Origin: Vulcanimicrobiota bacterium
GTDB taxonomy: Bacteria > Vulcanimicrobiota > Vulcanimicrobiia > Vulcanimicrobiales > Vulcanimicrobiaceae
DNA length: 64,000 bases
Direction: 5' to 3'
Assembly (NCBI GenBank): GCA_963723515.1
Contig: CAVRQT010000003.1
Span: 224,001-288,000 of the forward strand
A program made the position numbers and the translations under genes. The notes under the pieces were generated by a model. That model was not told the origin of the DNA, did not search any database, and saw nothing but the letters and a program-made list of their open reading frames with translations. Shown piece after piece: positions 10,400 to 22,399 of the stretch. Each line of letters starts with the position of its first letter. Within the stretch, counting starts at the first letter, position 1.

Positions 10400-11338
10400 G
10401 TGAAAGTCAAAGCACAATTTCCCGATGAAGCCGCCGGCGACGGGCGCTTCATCCGGCAGAAGGATCACTTTCGCGGTTGGATCGGCGCCGGAAGCTCGGA
10501 CTATCCGGCCGTTGCCGGGCGTTACCATCTCTATGTGTCGCTCGCATGCCCTTGGGCGCATCGCACGGTTATCGTCCGCAAGTTGCTGCAATTGGAAGAG
10601 GCGATCGGAATGACGATTGTCGATCCAATCCGTGACGAACGGGGCTGGGCGTTTCGAGATGGTCCCGGATACTCGCACGATCCGATCAACGGGTTCGCTT
10701 TCTTGAAGGAAGCCTATGTTGCAACCGATCCGCAGTATCGGGGGCGCGTCACCGTCCCAGTCCTCTGGGATAAGCAAACGAAAAGAATCGTCAGCAACTC
10801 AGATGACGACATCATGCGCATGTTGGAGACCGAGTTTCTCGAAGTTGCCCGCAATAAGATCGTGCTCTATCCAGCGCCGATCGCGCCAGATATCGATGAG
10901 CTCAACGAAGCGATTTACCAGACGATCAACGACGGCGTGTACCGTGCCGGATTTGCAACGTCACAGGGAGCGTACGAAGAGGCGGCTTATCGCCTTTTCG
11001 ATATGCTCGACGTGCTCGAGAGCCGGCTCGCCGAGCGTCGCTATCTTTTCGGTGAGCAGCCGCTCGAAACCGATTGGCGGTTATTCACGACGCTGATCCG
11101 CTTCGATCCGGTCTACTACTTGCATTTCAAGTGCAATCTGCGGCGCATCATCGACTATCCGAATCTGTTCGGCTACCTCCGCGATCTCTATCAAGTCGAT
11201 GGCGTCGCGCAAACGGTCAACTTCGATCACATCAAACGCCACTACTATTGCACGCATACGGAGATCAATCCGAGCGGAATCGTCCCGATCGGCCCGGCGC
11301 AGGATTTGAACGCGCCGCACGGCCGCGAGCGGCTTTAG
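10400..11338 (+). CDS. Glutathionyl-hydroquinone reductase (YqjG/GST-omega-like)
   Basis: RYHLYVSLACPWAHR, TVPVLWDK, GVYRAGFA, RFDPVY..HFKCN, HIKRHYY. Confidence 0.92.
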   Translation: MKVKAQFPDEAAGDGRFIRQKDHFRGWIGAGSSDYPAVAGRYHLYVSLACPWAHRTVIVRKLLQLEEAIGMTIVDPIRDERGWAFRDGPGYSHDPINGFAFLKEAYVATDPQYRGRVTVPVLWDKQTKRIVSNSDDDIMRMLETEFLEVARNKIVLYPAPIAPDIDELNEAIYQTINDGVYRAGFATSQGAYEEAAYRLFDMLDVLESRLAERRYLFGEQPLETDWRLFTTLIRFDPVYYLHFKCNLRRIIDYPNLFGYLRDLYQVDGVAQTVNFDHIKRHYYCTHTEINPSGIVPIGPAQDLNAPHGRERL

Positions 11339-11344
11339 ATAGGA

Positions 11345-12504
11345 TCAGCGCACGACGCCGAGCTCGAAACCGAAGCGATCTTGATCGGCGTTCGTGCCGC
11401 CTGCACTGAAACCAAGCCCCGCGGTAAACGAAGTGAGCCGAACGTGAGAGTACTCAAACCGCAAGACGCCATAATTTGCAAAGTGGTATGCCGGCGTCAG
11501 TGTTAAGGAAAGTGCCGAGCTGCCCGGACCGAAACCGATTAAGTCTGCGTTACCGCTGTGAGTCCGTCGTAGAGCTGTAATTCCAGACGCTTTCAAACCG
11601 AAATGCAAGTGAGAACGGCGTGCTCCATGCGTACGTGCCCATCAACACAGCTGCCATCGCATTTTCACTCGCGAGTGTAGCCAAGTGAAGATGATGCCGG
11701 CGAATGCACCCACAGCATGTACGGTAGCAACTGCAGTTTCCCGAACTGCCGCGTCAACATCAAATCGTATTCAGCTTTGTTGCCGATCGCGACAGTTGGA
11801 TTGGGGCCGATGTTGCTTCCGGGAACGATACCGGCAAACTGAACGCTCGTATCGGACGATGGGGACCATCCAACGAGCCACTCGATCGCGCGATTATGAC
11901 CGGAGTAATAGGCATCGTTCGCCTCAAGCGTCGCCGTCCATGGGCCACGTGCGTAGATCGCGCGCACGCCGCGGCTTATTGTCGGCTCCATCGTCCACGC
12001 AAGCCCGCGTTGCACGTTGATGTTCTGGTAGGTCATCGGCGACTCTTGACCGAGCAACGAGGCAAATTTTCCGGCTGCAAGACTGAAGTGGCTATCGAAG
12101 TTGTACTGGGCGGCAACAACAGGCAACTGCGAATAGAGCAGTGTATTGGCGCCGCTTTGCGTGCTCTGGTTGATCGCTTCTCCGACCGTTAAGAGGTTGT
12201 AGACGCCGGCGCTTGCAGTCACGCGAAACCGCGCACTACCGGCGGATATGTTAAGAAGAAGATCCGAGATGTCGCCGCGACCGGCCCGATCGCTTCCAGA
12301 CGGCGTATCGAGCGCGCCGGTGTTGTTCACCCCATCGGTGTGAAATCCGAAAATCGTGAACGCGCCGCCGATGATGAGCGGTGGCATTGGCGTCGGAAGC
12401 TCCAGCGGTGTGGGGCTTGGTGATGGAGCTGGCGTTTGTGCGATCGCCGGTGCCGTGATCGCCGCTGCGATCAAACAGACGAAGATAAGAGTGAGTCGGT
12501 GCAT
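11345..12504 (-). CDS. Outer-membrane beta-barrel (porin-like) protein; two frameshifts near 11665 and 11560
   Basis: Signal peptide, Pro linker, AGKF..L.G.E....YQN.N..RG.....P..SRG motif, alternating beta strands, C-terminal RFGFELGV. The middle segment is recoverable in a third frame. Confidence 0.7.
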
Positions 12505-12607
12505 TCTGCCCTCGAGTCTAGCGCGAACGCTCGCTTCCCGGTATCCGTCAAACGGATGATCCAAATGGATATGGGTGACACGGAATAATGGCGCGAACGT
12601 ATAGCGC

Positions 12608-13180
12608 ATGATTGAGTGGATGCATGATTTAGACGCTGCTCTTCAGCGTGCCCGCGAGGAAGAAAAACTCGTCTTGGTCGATGTCTTCAACCCTGGCTGA
12701 GGGGGCTGCAAAGCGTTGGATACCGTGACGTATCCTCAGCCGCCCGTCGTGCAAGTAATCACAGAAAACGCCATTCCCGTTCAATACGACAATTCGAAGA
12801 AAGAGAATGTCGAGGTTCTCAAGCGGCTCCATCACATTTGGACGCCGGATGTGCGAGTTCTCGATGAGAGGGGCGCGGAGCTCTACCGTTGGGACGGCTT
12901 CCTCCCGCCGCCGGAATTCATCGCGCGAGCATTATGCGGCTTCGGGCAAGCGCATTTGCGCCGGCGAGAGTTTGAAGCGGCCGAAAAGCTCTACATTGAC
13001 GTGCTGACGCGCTTCTCGACGACCTATGCGGCTCCCGAAGCGCTCTACTACTTAGGCGTGACGAGGTATCGCAAGAATCCGCTCGGCAACGATCTGCTCG
13101 ACCAGTGGGCCCATCTGCGCGAGCGCTATCCGATGAGCGAGTATCGCGTCAAGCAATCGTTCAAAGAACTGCCGGAATAG
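12608..13180 (+). CDS. Thioredoxin-fold selenoprotein (UxxC) with C-terminal TPR-like helices, 190 aa
   Basis: ATG 12608 reads MIEWMHDLDAALQRAREEEKLVLVDVFNPG-(TGA 12698-12700)-GGCKALDTVTYP, in frame with ORF 12716..13180. Has the cis-Pro WTP motif and a SECIS-like hairpin right after the UGA. Confidence 0.88.
12701..12745 (+). promoter_or_regulatory. Bacterial SECIS element
   Basis: Upper stem GGATAC (12718-23)/GTATCC (12730-35) with G-containing loop CGTGAC; lower stem GGGGGCTG/CAGCCGCCC; 23 nt lie between the UGA and the loop. Confidence 0.78.
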
Positions 13181-13186
13181 TTGACG

Positions 13187-14483
<1,297 letters not shown>

Positions 14484-14502
14484 GGAGAACGAACGCCGCA
14501 TT

Positions 14503-15757
14503 ATGCGAGGCGCAAGCGCAGTCCTATCCCGCAAAAGCGGCTTCGATGTCGAGCAGTTGCTGCCGCCGCAGCAGGCAATCATCACTTTCTTGTCGCGCGC
14601 GGCCCTGCGGCCGGCGCGACGCGAGCGCGTGAATCTGGATGAAGCATCGGGTCGCGTACTCGCCGCCGATCTTATTGCGGATCGCTGCTATCCCGATGCG
14701 CCTCGTTCGACGATGGACGGCTACGCGATTCGTGCGAGCGACGTCCCCGCGGCCTTGCGCATCGTCGACGAAATTCAGATCGGACGTCTCCCTGCGCGTC
14801 GCATTATCCGCTTTGGAGGCAGCGCGCATTCCGACCGGCGGCCTCTTGCCTGTGGGAAGCGACGCCGTCGTTCCGTTTGAGCGCGTCGTCCTCGACGGTG
14901 AGACGATTCGGATCGAGGACGCGGTAGCCGTGGGCGACTGCATCACTCCGCGCGGCGAAGATATAAAGGAAGGCGAGCTGCTCTTTCGCGCCGGCCGGCG
15001 CATCGGTGCAGCGGAGGCCGGGGTCTTGGCGACGCTAGGCCGAGGGCAGATCGAGGTCTTTGCACGTCCTCGCATTGCGGTCGTTTCTTCCGGCGATGAG
15101 CTCGTCGATCCGCAGGCCGATCCCCAACCGGGCCAGGTCCGCGATTCAAATCGCTATGTGATTGCGGCGGCTTTGAGAGCGATGGGAGCCATCGCGACGC
15201 ACTATCCTACCGCGCGCGACCGTGAAGGCGCCTTGGAGGATATTTTGCGTGCCGCGCTCGCGGACAACGATGCGGTCATCGTCAGCGGTGGTTCTTCGGT
15301 CGGAGAACGCGATCGCACGCCCGTTGCAATTGCGGCGCTCGGAGAGCCCGGCGTTATCGTGCATGGCTTGCGCGTCAAGCCAGGCAAACCGACGGTGCTC
15401 GCCGCTATCGACGGTAAACCGATCGTCGGCTTGCCCGGAAATCCAACGTCCGCGCTGATGATTCTCGAGACCGTAGGGGCCCCGATTATTGCGGCAATGA
15501 CCGGCGCGCATCTCATCGAACGCCAAACGGGAGCCCAACTGGAGCAAACCGTGGAGAGCCGAGCGGGTTGGACGTCGTTCGTTCCCGTCGCTCTTTCGCA
15601 AGATGCAGTGCCCTTTCGAGCGCAGCCGCTCGCGATGCACTCGTCGCTGACGAGTTTGTGCGCGCGCGCCGACGGTTTCATCGTCGTCGACGAGGAAACC
15701 AAACGCCTCGAGCGCGGTGCAGCCGTGCGCGTCTATCCGTTTACGAGAGGTTGGTAG
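14503..15757 (+). CDS. moeA: Molybdopterin molybdotransferase; frameshift near 14800
   Basis: GRVLA.D, RSTMDGYA, IPTGG.LP.G.DAVV, SSGDEL, DSNRY, SGGSSVG, KPGKP, LPGNP. Start uncertain (14482 or 14503). Confidence 0.92.
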
Positions 15758-15759
15758 CC

Positions 15760-16314
15760 GTGAAGCTTTGGCGTGCGATTGCTTGTGGAGCAATGTTCGC
15801 GCTTGCCGCGTGTTCCGGAACCGCGCAGCGACAAGCGCAAAGTTTTGCCAGTGCAGCGCCCGGCCAGCTGAAGGACGCAGGGCTAGCGGTTGCGATCAAA
15901 GGCAAGCTGGCAACGATCGATCTCGATTCGTCGGCGGCGGTCGATGTTGTCGTCTCTAACGGCGTCGCCACGCTAAGCGGTGAAGTACGTTCGCAAAGCG
16001 TGCGAAATCAATTCGAGGCGGCCGCCCGATCGATCGGAGGCGTGCGCAGCGTTCAAGATCGCACGACGATCAACCCGAAAGTGCGGAGCGTTCGCGAGTC
16101 GGCGTCCGACGCGGCTTTGCTCGCAAAAGTCGACGGCACGCTTCTCGCGCAAACGGGCATCAACGCCTTCAAAGTCAAGACTGCGGCTCACAGCGGCGTC
16201 GTTACCTTGAGCGGCACGCTTTCGTCGCAGGGGACAAAGCAGACGATGCTCGACTCCGTGCGCCGATTGAACGGCGTAAGAAGCGTCGTCGATCGCATCA
16301 CCGTTCATCCGTGA
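15760..16314 (+). CDS. Dual BON-domain lipoprotein
   Basis: Lipobox LAAC; two repeats of D..(I/V)K...G.(A/V)TLSG...GVRSV.D. Confidence 0.88.
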   Translation: MKLWRAIACGAMFALAACSGTAQRQAQSFASAAPGQLKDAGLAVAIKGKLATIDLDSSAAVDVVVSNGVATLSGEVRSQSVRNQFEAAARSIGGVRSVQDRTTINPKVRSVRESASDAALLAKVDGTLLAQTGINAFKVKTAAHSGVVTLSGTLSSQGTKQTMLDSVRRLNGVRSVVDRITVHP

Positions 16315-17405
16315 CGGTACTGCGCGCAACGCCCGCGATTGAAGCGATTCCGCCGATGACGCCGTTCATCGGTCCGGAGCAACTGATGCGCGAGGGCGGA
16401 CATCCGCGCATCTTGCGCCTGGGCGCAAATGAAAGCGCGTTCGGCCCATCGCCCAGAGCGCTCGCCGCGATGGCGGCGGAGTTGCCGCGGCTCTCATGGT
16501 ACGGCGACCCGGAGTCGCACGACTTACGTGAAGCGCTCGCCGGCCGGCTCGGCTGCAAGATCGATCAAATCTTAATCGCTTCAGGCATCGACGATTTGAT
16601 GGGCCTCGCTGTTCGCGCGTTCATCGGCCCGGGTTCAATTGCGTTGGCGACCCGCGGAACGTATCCGACATTCGCATACCACGTCACCGGGTATGGCGGG
16701 GCGCTTGAAACGGTCGACTACCTTGCCGACGGGAAGATCGACGTCGACGGCTTGCTGGAGCGCGCTCGTCAATTGCGTCCCGCGATCCTCTACGTTGCCA
16801 ATCCTGACAATCCGAGCGGAACGATGTGCGCGCGCGAGCAGGTCGAGACGCTTCTCGAGAAGACGCCGCCGCAAACGCTGCTGCTCTTGGATGAGGCGTA
16901 CGCGGAATTCGCTCCGCCGCACTCGTTCATGCCGACGATCGTCGATCCGCGATTGATGCGCGTCCGCACGTTTTCAAAGGCGTATGGGATGGCCGGGGCG
17001 CGCGTGGGCTACGCCGTCACGACGATCCGCAACGTCGAAACCTTCGCCAAGATTCGGCTTCAATACGGCGTCAACCGCAACGCCCAGATCGGGGCGCTTG
17101 CGGCACTCGACGATGAAGCGTATGCATCGGGCGTTGTCGCGCAAGTCGAGCGGGGACGCGAGGAGTACTACGCGCTCGCGAGGTCTTTAGGGCGTCAATC
17201 TATCCCGTCGTACACGAACTTCGTATGCATCGACTACGGCACGGCGCAAGAGGCAAATGCCGTCATCGTCGATCTGATGGCCCGCGGCGTCTTTATTCGC
17301 AAGCCCTTCGCGCCGCCGCTCGACGGTTATATTCGAGTGACCGTTGGAACGGCGCCGGAACGATCCGAATTTGCGGAGCACCTGCGTGCTGTACGGCCGC
17401 GATGA
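16311..17405 (+). CDS. PLP-dependent aminotransferase class I/II (HisC-like)
   Basis: LGANES.FGPSP, NPDNPSG, DEAY, RTFSKAYGMAGARVGY. Confidence 0.88.
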   Translation: MTVLRATPAIEAIPPMTPFIGPEQLMREGGHPRILRLGANESAFGPSPRALAAMAAELPRLSWYGDPESHDLREALAGRLGCKIDQILIASGIDDLMGLAVRAFIGPGSIALATRGTYPTFAYHVTGYGGALETVDYLADGKIDVDGLLERARQLRPAILYVANPDNPSGTMCAREQVETLLEKTPPQTLLLLDEAYAEFAPPHSFMPTIVDPRLMRVRTFSKAYGMAGARVGYAVTTIRNVETFAKIRLQYGVNRNAQIGALAALDDEAYASGVVAQVERGREEYYALARSLGRQSIPSYTNFVCIDYGTAQEANAVIVDLMARGVFIRKPFAPPLDGYIRVTVGTAPERSEFAEHLRAVRPR

Positions 17406-18127
17406 GATATGCGATCATTTCGGACGTCCATTCCAATCTCGAGTCGCTTGAAGTGATGCTCGGGAGGCTTCAAGAGGACGACGGTCTCTTGTGTTTGGGC
17501 GACATCGTTGGATACGGTCCAAACCCCAATGAATGCGTCTCGCGCATCCACGCGCGGGCGACCGAAGTCGTGCTAGGAAACCATGACGTCGCCGCGACCG
17601 ACAACTTCGGCGTCGAATATTTCAACCCGGTTGCCCGCAATGCGATCGAGTGGACTCAGCGGACGATTTCAAAAGAGAGCGTCGATTGGCTCACTACGCT
17701 GAGTTATGAAATTCGCAAGCCCGAATACTTGATGGTGCACGGCGCCCCCAAAAACTACTTCGAGTACATCCTCGATAAGCGCGGCGCATCTCGCGCGTTC
17801 AAGAACACCGATGCGCCGTTGATCTTCGTCGGTCATACGCACATCGCCGACTACTACACGCTCAGGGCAGACGGCACAATCGACCACGCCCACATGCAGA
17901 ACGGCGGCCCACTCGAACTCGCGGAAGGCGATCGGTACATTATCAATCCGGGAAGCATCGGACAGCCGCGGGACCTGAACCCCAAAGCCGCCTTCGCCTG
18001 GTACGACGACGTGCAGCGAACGCTCGAATTCGTTCGGTACGATTACGCGATTGCCCAAGTTCAGCAGAAGATTCTCGCTGCCGGCCTTCCTGAAGCCCTG
18101 GCGGCTCGACTCGACGTTGGACGCTGA
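17402..18127 (+). CDS. Metallophosphoesterase family protein
   Basis: SDVHSN, LGDIVGYG, GNHD, VHG, GHTH, NPGSIGQPRD. Confidence 0.92.
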   Translation: MRYAIISDVHSNLESLEVMLGRLQEDDGLLCLGDIVGYGPNPNECVSRIHARATEVVLGNHDVAATDNFGVEYFNPVARNAIEWTQRTISKESVDWLTTLSYEIRKPEYLMVHGAPKNYFEYILDKRGASRAFKNTDAPLIFVGHTHIADYYTLRADGTIDHAHMQNGGPLELAEGDRYIINPGSIGQPRDLNPKAAFAWYDDVQRTLEFVRYDYAIAQVQQKILAAGLPEALAARLDVGR

Positions 18128-18566
18128 TCTCGTGCCGATCGACGATCGGAACTGCTTTGCTTGCGGAGCCGAGAATCCGATCGGTTTGCATCTCGAGTTT
18201 GAGCGCGCGGGGGCGCAAAGCGTTCGCACGCAGGTCACGCTGGCGCGCCAGTTTCAAGGATGGCGTGACGTCGCGCACGGCGGCATCGTCATTGCGCTGC
18301 TCGATGAAGCGATGGCGTATGCGGCCGGTGCCGCAGGCTTTCGCGGCGTAACGGCGAGCCTATCCACACGCTTTCGCGCTCCGATTCCGCTTGGCCGGCC
18401 GCTTGATGTCTTCGGCGAGGTCCGATGGATGCGCCGTAACGTGCTCGGACTCTTCGCGCGCGTCTGCGATAGCCATCGGCTTCTTGCGGAAGGCGAGGGC
18501 CATTTCGTCGCCCGAGGCGCGATTGACGCGTCTTCCGACTTAGCCCGGCGGCTCGAAGGCGCATAA
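18117..18566 (+). CDS. PaaI family (hotdog-fold) thioesterase
   Basis: CFACG.ENP.GL, QG...AHGG....LLDEAM. Confidence 0.88.
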   Translation: MDADLVPIDDRNCFACGAENPIGLHLEFERAGAQSVRTQVTLARQFQGWRDVAHGGIVIALLDEAMAYAAGAAGFRGVTASLSTRFRAPIPLGRPLDVFGEVRWMRRNVLGLFARVCDSHRLLAEGEGHFVARGAIDASSDLARRLEGA

Positions 18567-19048
18567 TGGCAAAGCGGCGTGCGCCCCGCGACGAGAAACC
18601 GCCGGCGCGCTCCCCCTCAGTTGACAACCGGCGCGCGCGTTACGAATACGAAATTCTGGAGTCGATAGAAGCCGGCATCGTACTCACCGGCACCGAGATC
18701 AAGTCGCTTCGCGCCGGCGGCGTCAGTCTGGCCGAGAGCTACGCGCGCGTCCGCGAGGGTGAGCTCTGGCTGCTCGGCATGCACGTGCCTCCATATAAGG
18801 AAGGAAGTTTCGCCAATCAAGAACCGCTCAGACCTCGCAAACTGCTCTTGCATAAGGCGCAGATCGTTCGGCTCGGCGGACGCGCGGCGGAAAAAGGCTT
18901 GACGCTCGTGCCGCTGCGGCTCTATTTCACCCGTGGAAAGGCGAAAGTCGAGCTAGGTTTAGCTCGCGGCAAGAAACTGTGGGATAAGCGGCGCGCCACC
19001 GCCGAACGGGAATTGCGTCGCGAAATTGCACGGCATGCGCGGCGCTAG
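18566..19048 (+). CDS. smpB: SsrA-binding protein
   Basis: NRRARYEY, EAGIVLTGTEIKSLR, RKLLLHK, GKKLWDKR. Confidence 0.97.
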   Translation: MAKRRAPRDEKPPARSPSVDNRRARYEYEILESIEAGIVLTGTEIKSLRAGGVSLAESYARVREGELWLLGMHVPPYKEGSFANQEPLRPRKLLLHKAQIVRLGGRAAEKGLTLVPLRLYFTRGKAKVELGLARGKKLWDKRRATAERELRREIARHARR

Positions 19049-19919
19049 GCCACAGCGGGCGCTCGAATCTGCAATTTTGCATGACGCGAGCCTGCAGGAT
19101 GGTGAGTCAATTGTCATCGCGTGCTCCGGCGGTCCGGATAGCGTCGCGCTCGCGGGTGTAATGAAGGCACTCGCCTTCAAGCGCAAGTGGCGGCTTTGTA
19201 TCGGCCATGTAAACCACGGCGTACGTGCTTCGGCGGAACAGGATGAGGCGGTTGCGCTCTACATCGCGGCGGCTTTGCAGTTGCCCATAAGAACCGTTCG
19301 CCTCGGTGGCGCTTCACGCGATGAACGTGCTTTGCGAACGGCTCGTTACGATACGCTCAAGCGCATCGCCAAGGAAATTGGCGCATCGGCGATCGCGACC
19401 GCCCACACCGCCGAAGATCAAACCGAAACGGTGCTCCTGGCGCTCTTTCGCGGGACAGGTACGGCCGGACTGACGGGGATCGTGCCCCGACGCTCGCTCG
19501 GCGCCGCTGTCGAGCTGTGCCGTCCGCTGCTGCGCTGCACTCACGATCAGTTGCGACGATACTGTGAAACGCTGTGTTTGCCGTATGCGCTCGATCCGAC
19601 AAATCAACTTCTGAGATACCGCCGCAATGCGGTGCGTGATGCGCTCGAGACGCTGCGCCTTTGCTTTCCAGGCCTGGATCGTGCAGTTGCTCGCGCAGCC
19701 TATATCGTCGCAGAGGAGTTGACCGGCGCGCCGCGAGCCGGCGTTCGTCGTCGCGTGCGCGAAGCGCTCAGTGAAAGCGGAGAGCTGCTAGACGTTGACT
19801 TCGAACACGTTGAGAGTGCGGTGCGTGCACTCGAGCGAGGGCGCTCCGGACTTTTTCATGTCAACCAAAACGCGGCCCTCGCGATCCGTCGCGGCAGCCT
19901 GACGGTGAAGAAACGTTGA
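19035..19919 (+). CDS. tilS: tRNA(Ile)-lysidine synthetase, short form
   Basis: SGGPDS PP-loop, HVNHG.R, AHT.EDQ.ET, RPLL, D.TN....RN; directly upstream of hpt-ftsH. Confidence 0.92.
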   Translation: MRGARPQRALESAILHDASLQDGESIVIACSGGPDSVALAGVMKALAFKRKWRLCIGHVNHGVRASAEQDEAVALYIAAALQLPIRTVRLGGASRDERALRTARYDTLKRIAKEIGASAIATAHTAEDQTETVLLALFRGTGTAGLTGIVPRRSLGAAVELCRPLLRCTHDQLRRYCETLCLPYALDPTNQLLRYRRNAVRDALETLRLCFPGLDRAVARAAYIVAEELTGAPRAGVRRRVREALSESGELLDVDFEHVESAVRALERGRSGLFHVNQNAALAIRRGSLTVKKR

Positions 19920-20476
19920 TTCAGCGGACCGCGTTGAAAGAAAGTGCCGCCCCGGTGCTCTACACGTCCCAGGAAGTCGACGGAGCGGTTCGACGCCTGG
20001 CAGCGCAGATTGCGCGCGACTTCTGCGGGCAACCCTTGCTGCTGCTCGGCGTGTTGAAAGGTGCGCTGTATGTCACGGTCGATTTGGCCCGGGCGCTCTG
20101 CTCGGTAGCCGATGGCCCGAGCGAGATCACGATTGACTACATCGTTCTCTCGAGTTACGGGCAAAATATGACCAGCAGCGGTGAGGTACGGATGCTCAGG
20201 GATATAAAGCGCGTTCTCCACGGAAAAAACGTGGTGATCATCGAGGACATCGTCGACCATGGGCTGACGCTGGAGTACTTGCAAGCGCTCGTGCGGGGCC
20301 GCCAACCGGCCGTACAGAAATCATGCACGCTGCTCGATAAACCATATCACCGCCGTACCGATGTGCGCATCGACTACGTTGGAATGACCGCGCCGGATGC
20401 GTTTGTCGTAGGGTACGGTTTAGACTTCCAAGAACGCTATCGCAACCTTCCGTATATCGCGCAACTGGGGCACTGA
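19916..20476 (+). CDS. hpt: Hypoxanthine phosphoribosyltransferase
   Basis: VLKG, SSYG, IIEDIVD.G.TL, FVVGYGLD..E.YRNLPYI. Confidence 0.95.
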   Translation: MIQRTALKESAAPVLYTSQEVDGAVRRLAAQIARDFCGQPLLLLGVLKGALYVTVDLARALCSVADGPSEITIDYIVLSSYGQNMTSSGEVRMLRDIKRVLHGKNVVIIEDIVDHGLTLEYLQALVRGRQPAVQKSCTLLDKPYHRRTDVRIDYVGMTAPDAFVVGYGLDFQERYRNLPYIAQLGH

Positions 20477-20482
20477 GAATCT

Positions 20483-22399
20483 TTGGCTAAACATCTTCGT
20501 TCGATCGTTCTGATTATCGCGGCTATCATCGCGGTCTTTTTGATCGTTGAGCGGCTCGTGCTGACGCAAAACACGAGCCAGAAACTTTCCTACAGCGATT
20601 TCTATCGGCGCGTATCGCAAAACCAGGTCAAGGATTTTCACGCGATCGGTCACGACGCGACGGGCGAGCTCAAGAACGGCACAAAGTACACCGTTTCGGT
20701 TCCGGACTCGAGCAGTTATCCGTTTACGCAATTTCTCTATAACCACGGCGTCGGGATCGACGTCGAACAGCCCAGCAACGGCGCGATCTTTGCGAACATT
20801 TTGCAATTCTTACCGCTGCTGCTGATGGCGGGCTTCCTGATCTTCATCCTTCGGCAAGCGCAGAACGGAGGCAGCCAGGCCCTCTCCTTCGGGCGCTCCA
20901 GGGCAAAACTGCTTTCTGAAAATCGTCCCAAGGTGACGTTCAACGACGTCGCCGGAATCGACGAGGCCAAAGAAGAGCTGCAAGAAGTTGTCGAGTTCCT
21001 GAAGTATCCGAAAAAATTCCAATCGCTCGGCGCGCGCATTCCAAAGGGCGTGCTCTTACTTGGGCCGCCGGGCTCCGGCAAGACACTGCTGGCGCGCGCG
21101 ATTGCGGGCGAAGCCGGTGTCCCGTTCTTCTCGATTTCGGGATCCGATTTCGTCGAAATGTTCGTCGGAGTTGGTGCGTCACGCGTGCGCGATCTGTTCG
21201 AGCAGGCCAAGAAGTCTGCACCATGTATCGTTTTCATTGATGAAATCGACGCGGTCGGGCGCCAGCGTGGAGCAGGCCTTGGCGGCGGCCACGACGAGCG
21301 CGAGCAGACGCTCAACCAATTGCTCGTTGAGATGGATGGCTTCGATCAAAACACGGGCGTCATTTTGATCGCGGCAACGAACCGTCCCGACGTCTTAGAT
21401 CCTGCGCTCTTGCGCCCCGGACGTTTCGACCGGCAAATCGTGGTCGATCGTGCCGACATCAGAGGACGCGCGGCGATTCTCGGCGTGCATGCGCGCAACA
21501 AGCCGCTCAACAAAGACGTCTCATTGGAGACGCTTGCCAAACGCACGCCGGGGTTTTCCGGCGCCGACCTCGAGAATCTGCTGAACGAAGCGGCATTGCT
21601 CGCGGCACGCAAAGACAAGAGCGCGATCGAAATGGCGGATTGCGATGAAGCGATCGATCGCGTGATGGTTGGCCCCGAGCGTCGCTCGGTCGTCATGTCG
21701 CAACAAGAAAAAGAAGTCACCGCTTACCACGAGTCCGGCCACGCGTTGATCGGCGGACTGCTGCCGCACCACGATCCGATTCACAAAGTCACGATCATAC
21801 CGCGCGGAATGGCAATGGGCATTACCTGGTCGCTTCCGGAAGATGACCGCCACAGCCAGACCAAAGAGCAGTTGCTCGCTGCAGTGTGCCGGCTCTTGGG
21901 CGGACGAATCGCTGAAGAGATCAAGTTCAAAGATGTAACGACCGGCGCAAGCAACGATTTTGAGAAAGCGACCGAAGTTGCACGGCGGATGGTGACGCAA
22001 TACGGAATGTCCGATGCGCTGGGCCCGATCCAATATGGCCGCGGCAACCATCAGGTCTTCTTAGGACGAGAACTGGGCGAAGATCGCAACTACTCCGAGG
22101 ATATCGCCGGCCGAATCGACGCTGAAGTGCGGCGCATTATCGATAACTGTTACGAGCGTGGCCGCGAGCTGCTCGAGAAAAATTGGGGCAAGGTCGAGCG
22201 CATGGTCAGCTCGCTGCTCGAATATGAAACCGTCGAGACCGAAGAAGTGAAAGCGATCCTGGAAGATCGCCCCTTCACGCGCGAAAAGGCCCCGACTGAT
22301 ACGACTCCGCCCTCGACGCCCGAGCGCGTGGAAGGCGGCACGCGCGCCAAACCCAAGAGCAAGCGCCTCCCGCCAAACATATCGCCGGAACCGGCATGA
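20483..22399 (+). CDS. ftsH: ATP-dependent zinc metalloprotease FtsH
   Basis: Two TMs, [34 protein letters not shown]. Confidence 0.98.
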   Translation: MAKHLRSIVLIIAAIIAVFLIVERLVLTQNTSQKLSYSDFYRRVSQNQVKDFHAIGHDATGELKNGTKYTVSVPDSSSYPFTQFLYNHGVGIDVEQPSNGAIFANILQFLPLLLMAGFLIFILRQAQNGGSQALSFGRSRAKLLSENRPKVTFNDVAGIDEAKEELQEVVEFLKYPKKFQSLGARIPKGVLLLGPPGSGKTLLARAIAGEAGVPFFSISGSDFVEMFVGVGASRVRDLFEQAKKSAPCIVFIDEIDAVGRQRGAGLGGGHDEREQTLNQLLVEMDGFDQNTGVILIAATNRPDVLDPALLRPGRFDRQIVVDRADIRGRAAILGVHARNKPLNKDVSLETLAKRTPGFSGADLENLLNEAALLAARKDKSAIEMADCDEAIDRVMVGPERRSVVMSQQEKEVTAYHESGHALIGGLLPHHDPIHKVTIIPRGMAMGITWSLPEDDRHSQTKEQLLAAVCRLLGGRIAEEIKFKDVTTGASNDFEKATEVARRMVTQYGMSDALGPIQYGRGNHQVFLGRELGEDRNYSEDIAGRIDAEVRRIIDNCYERGRELLEKNWGKVERMVSSLLEYETVETEEVKAILEDRPFTREKAPTDTTPPSTPERVEGGTRAKPKSKRLPPNISPEPA

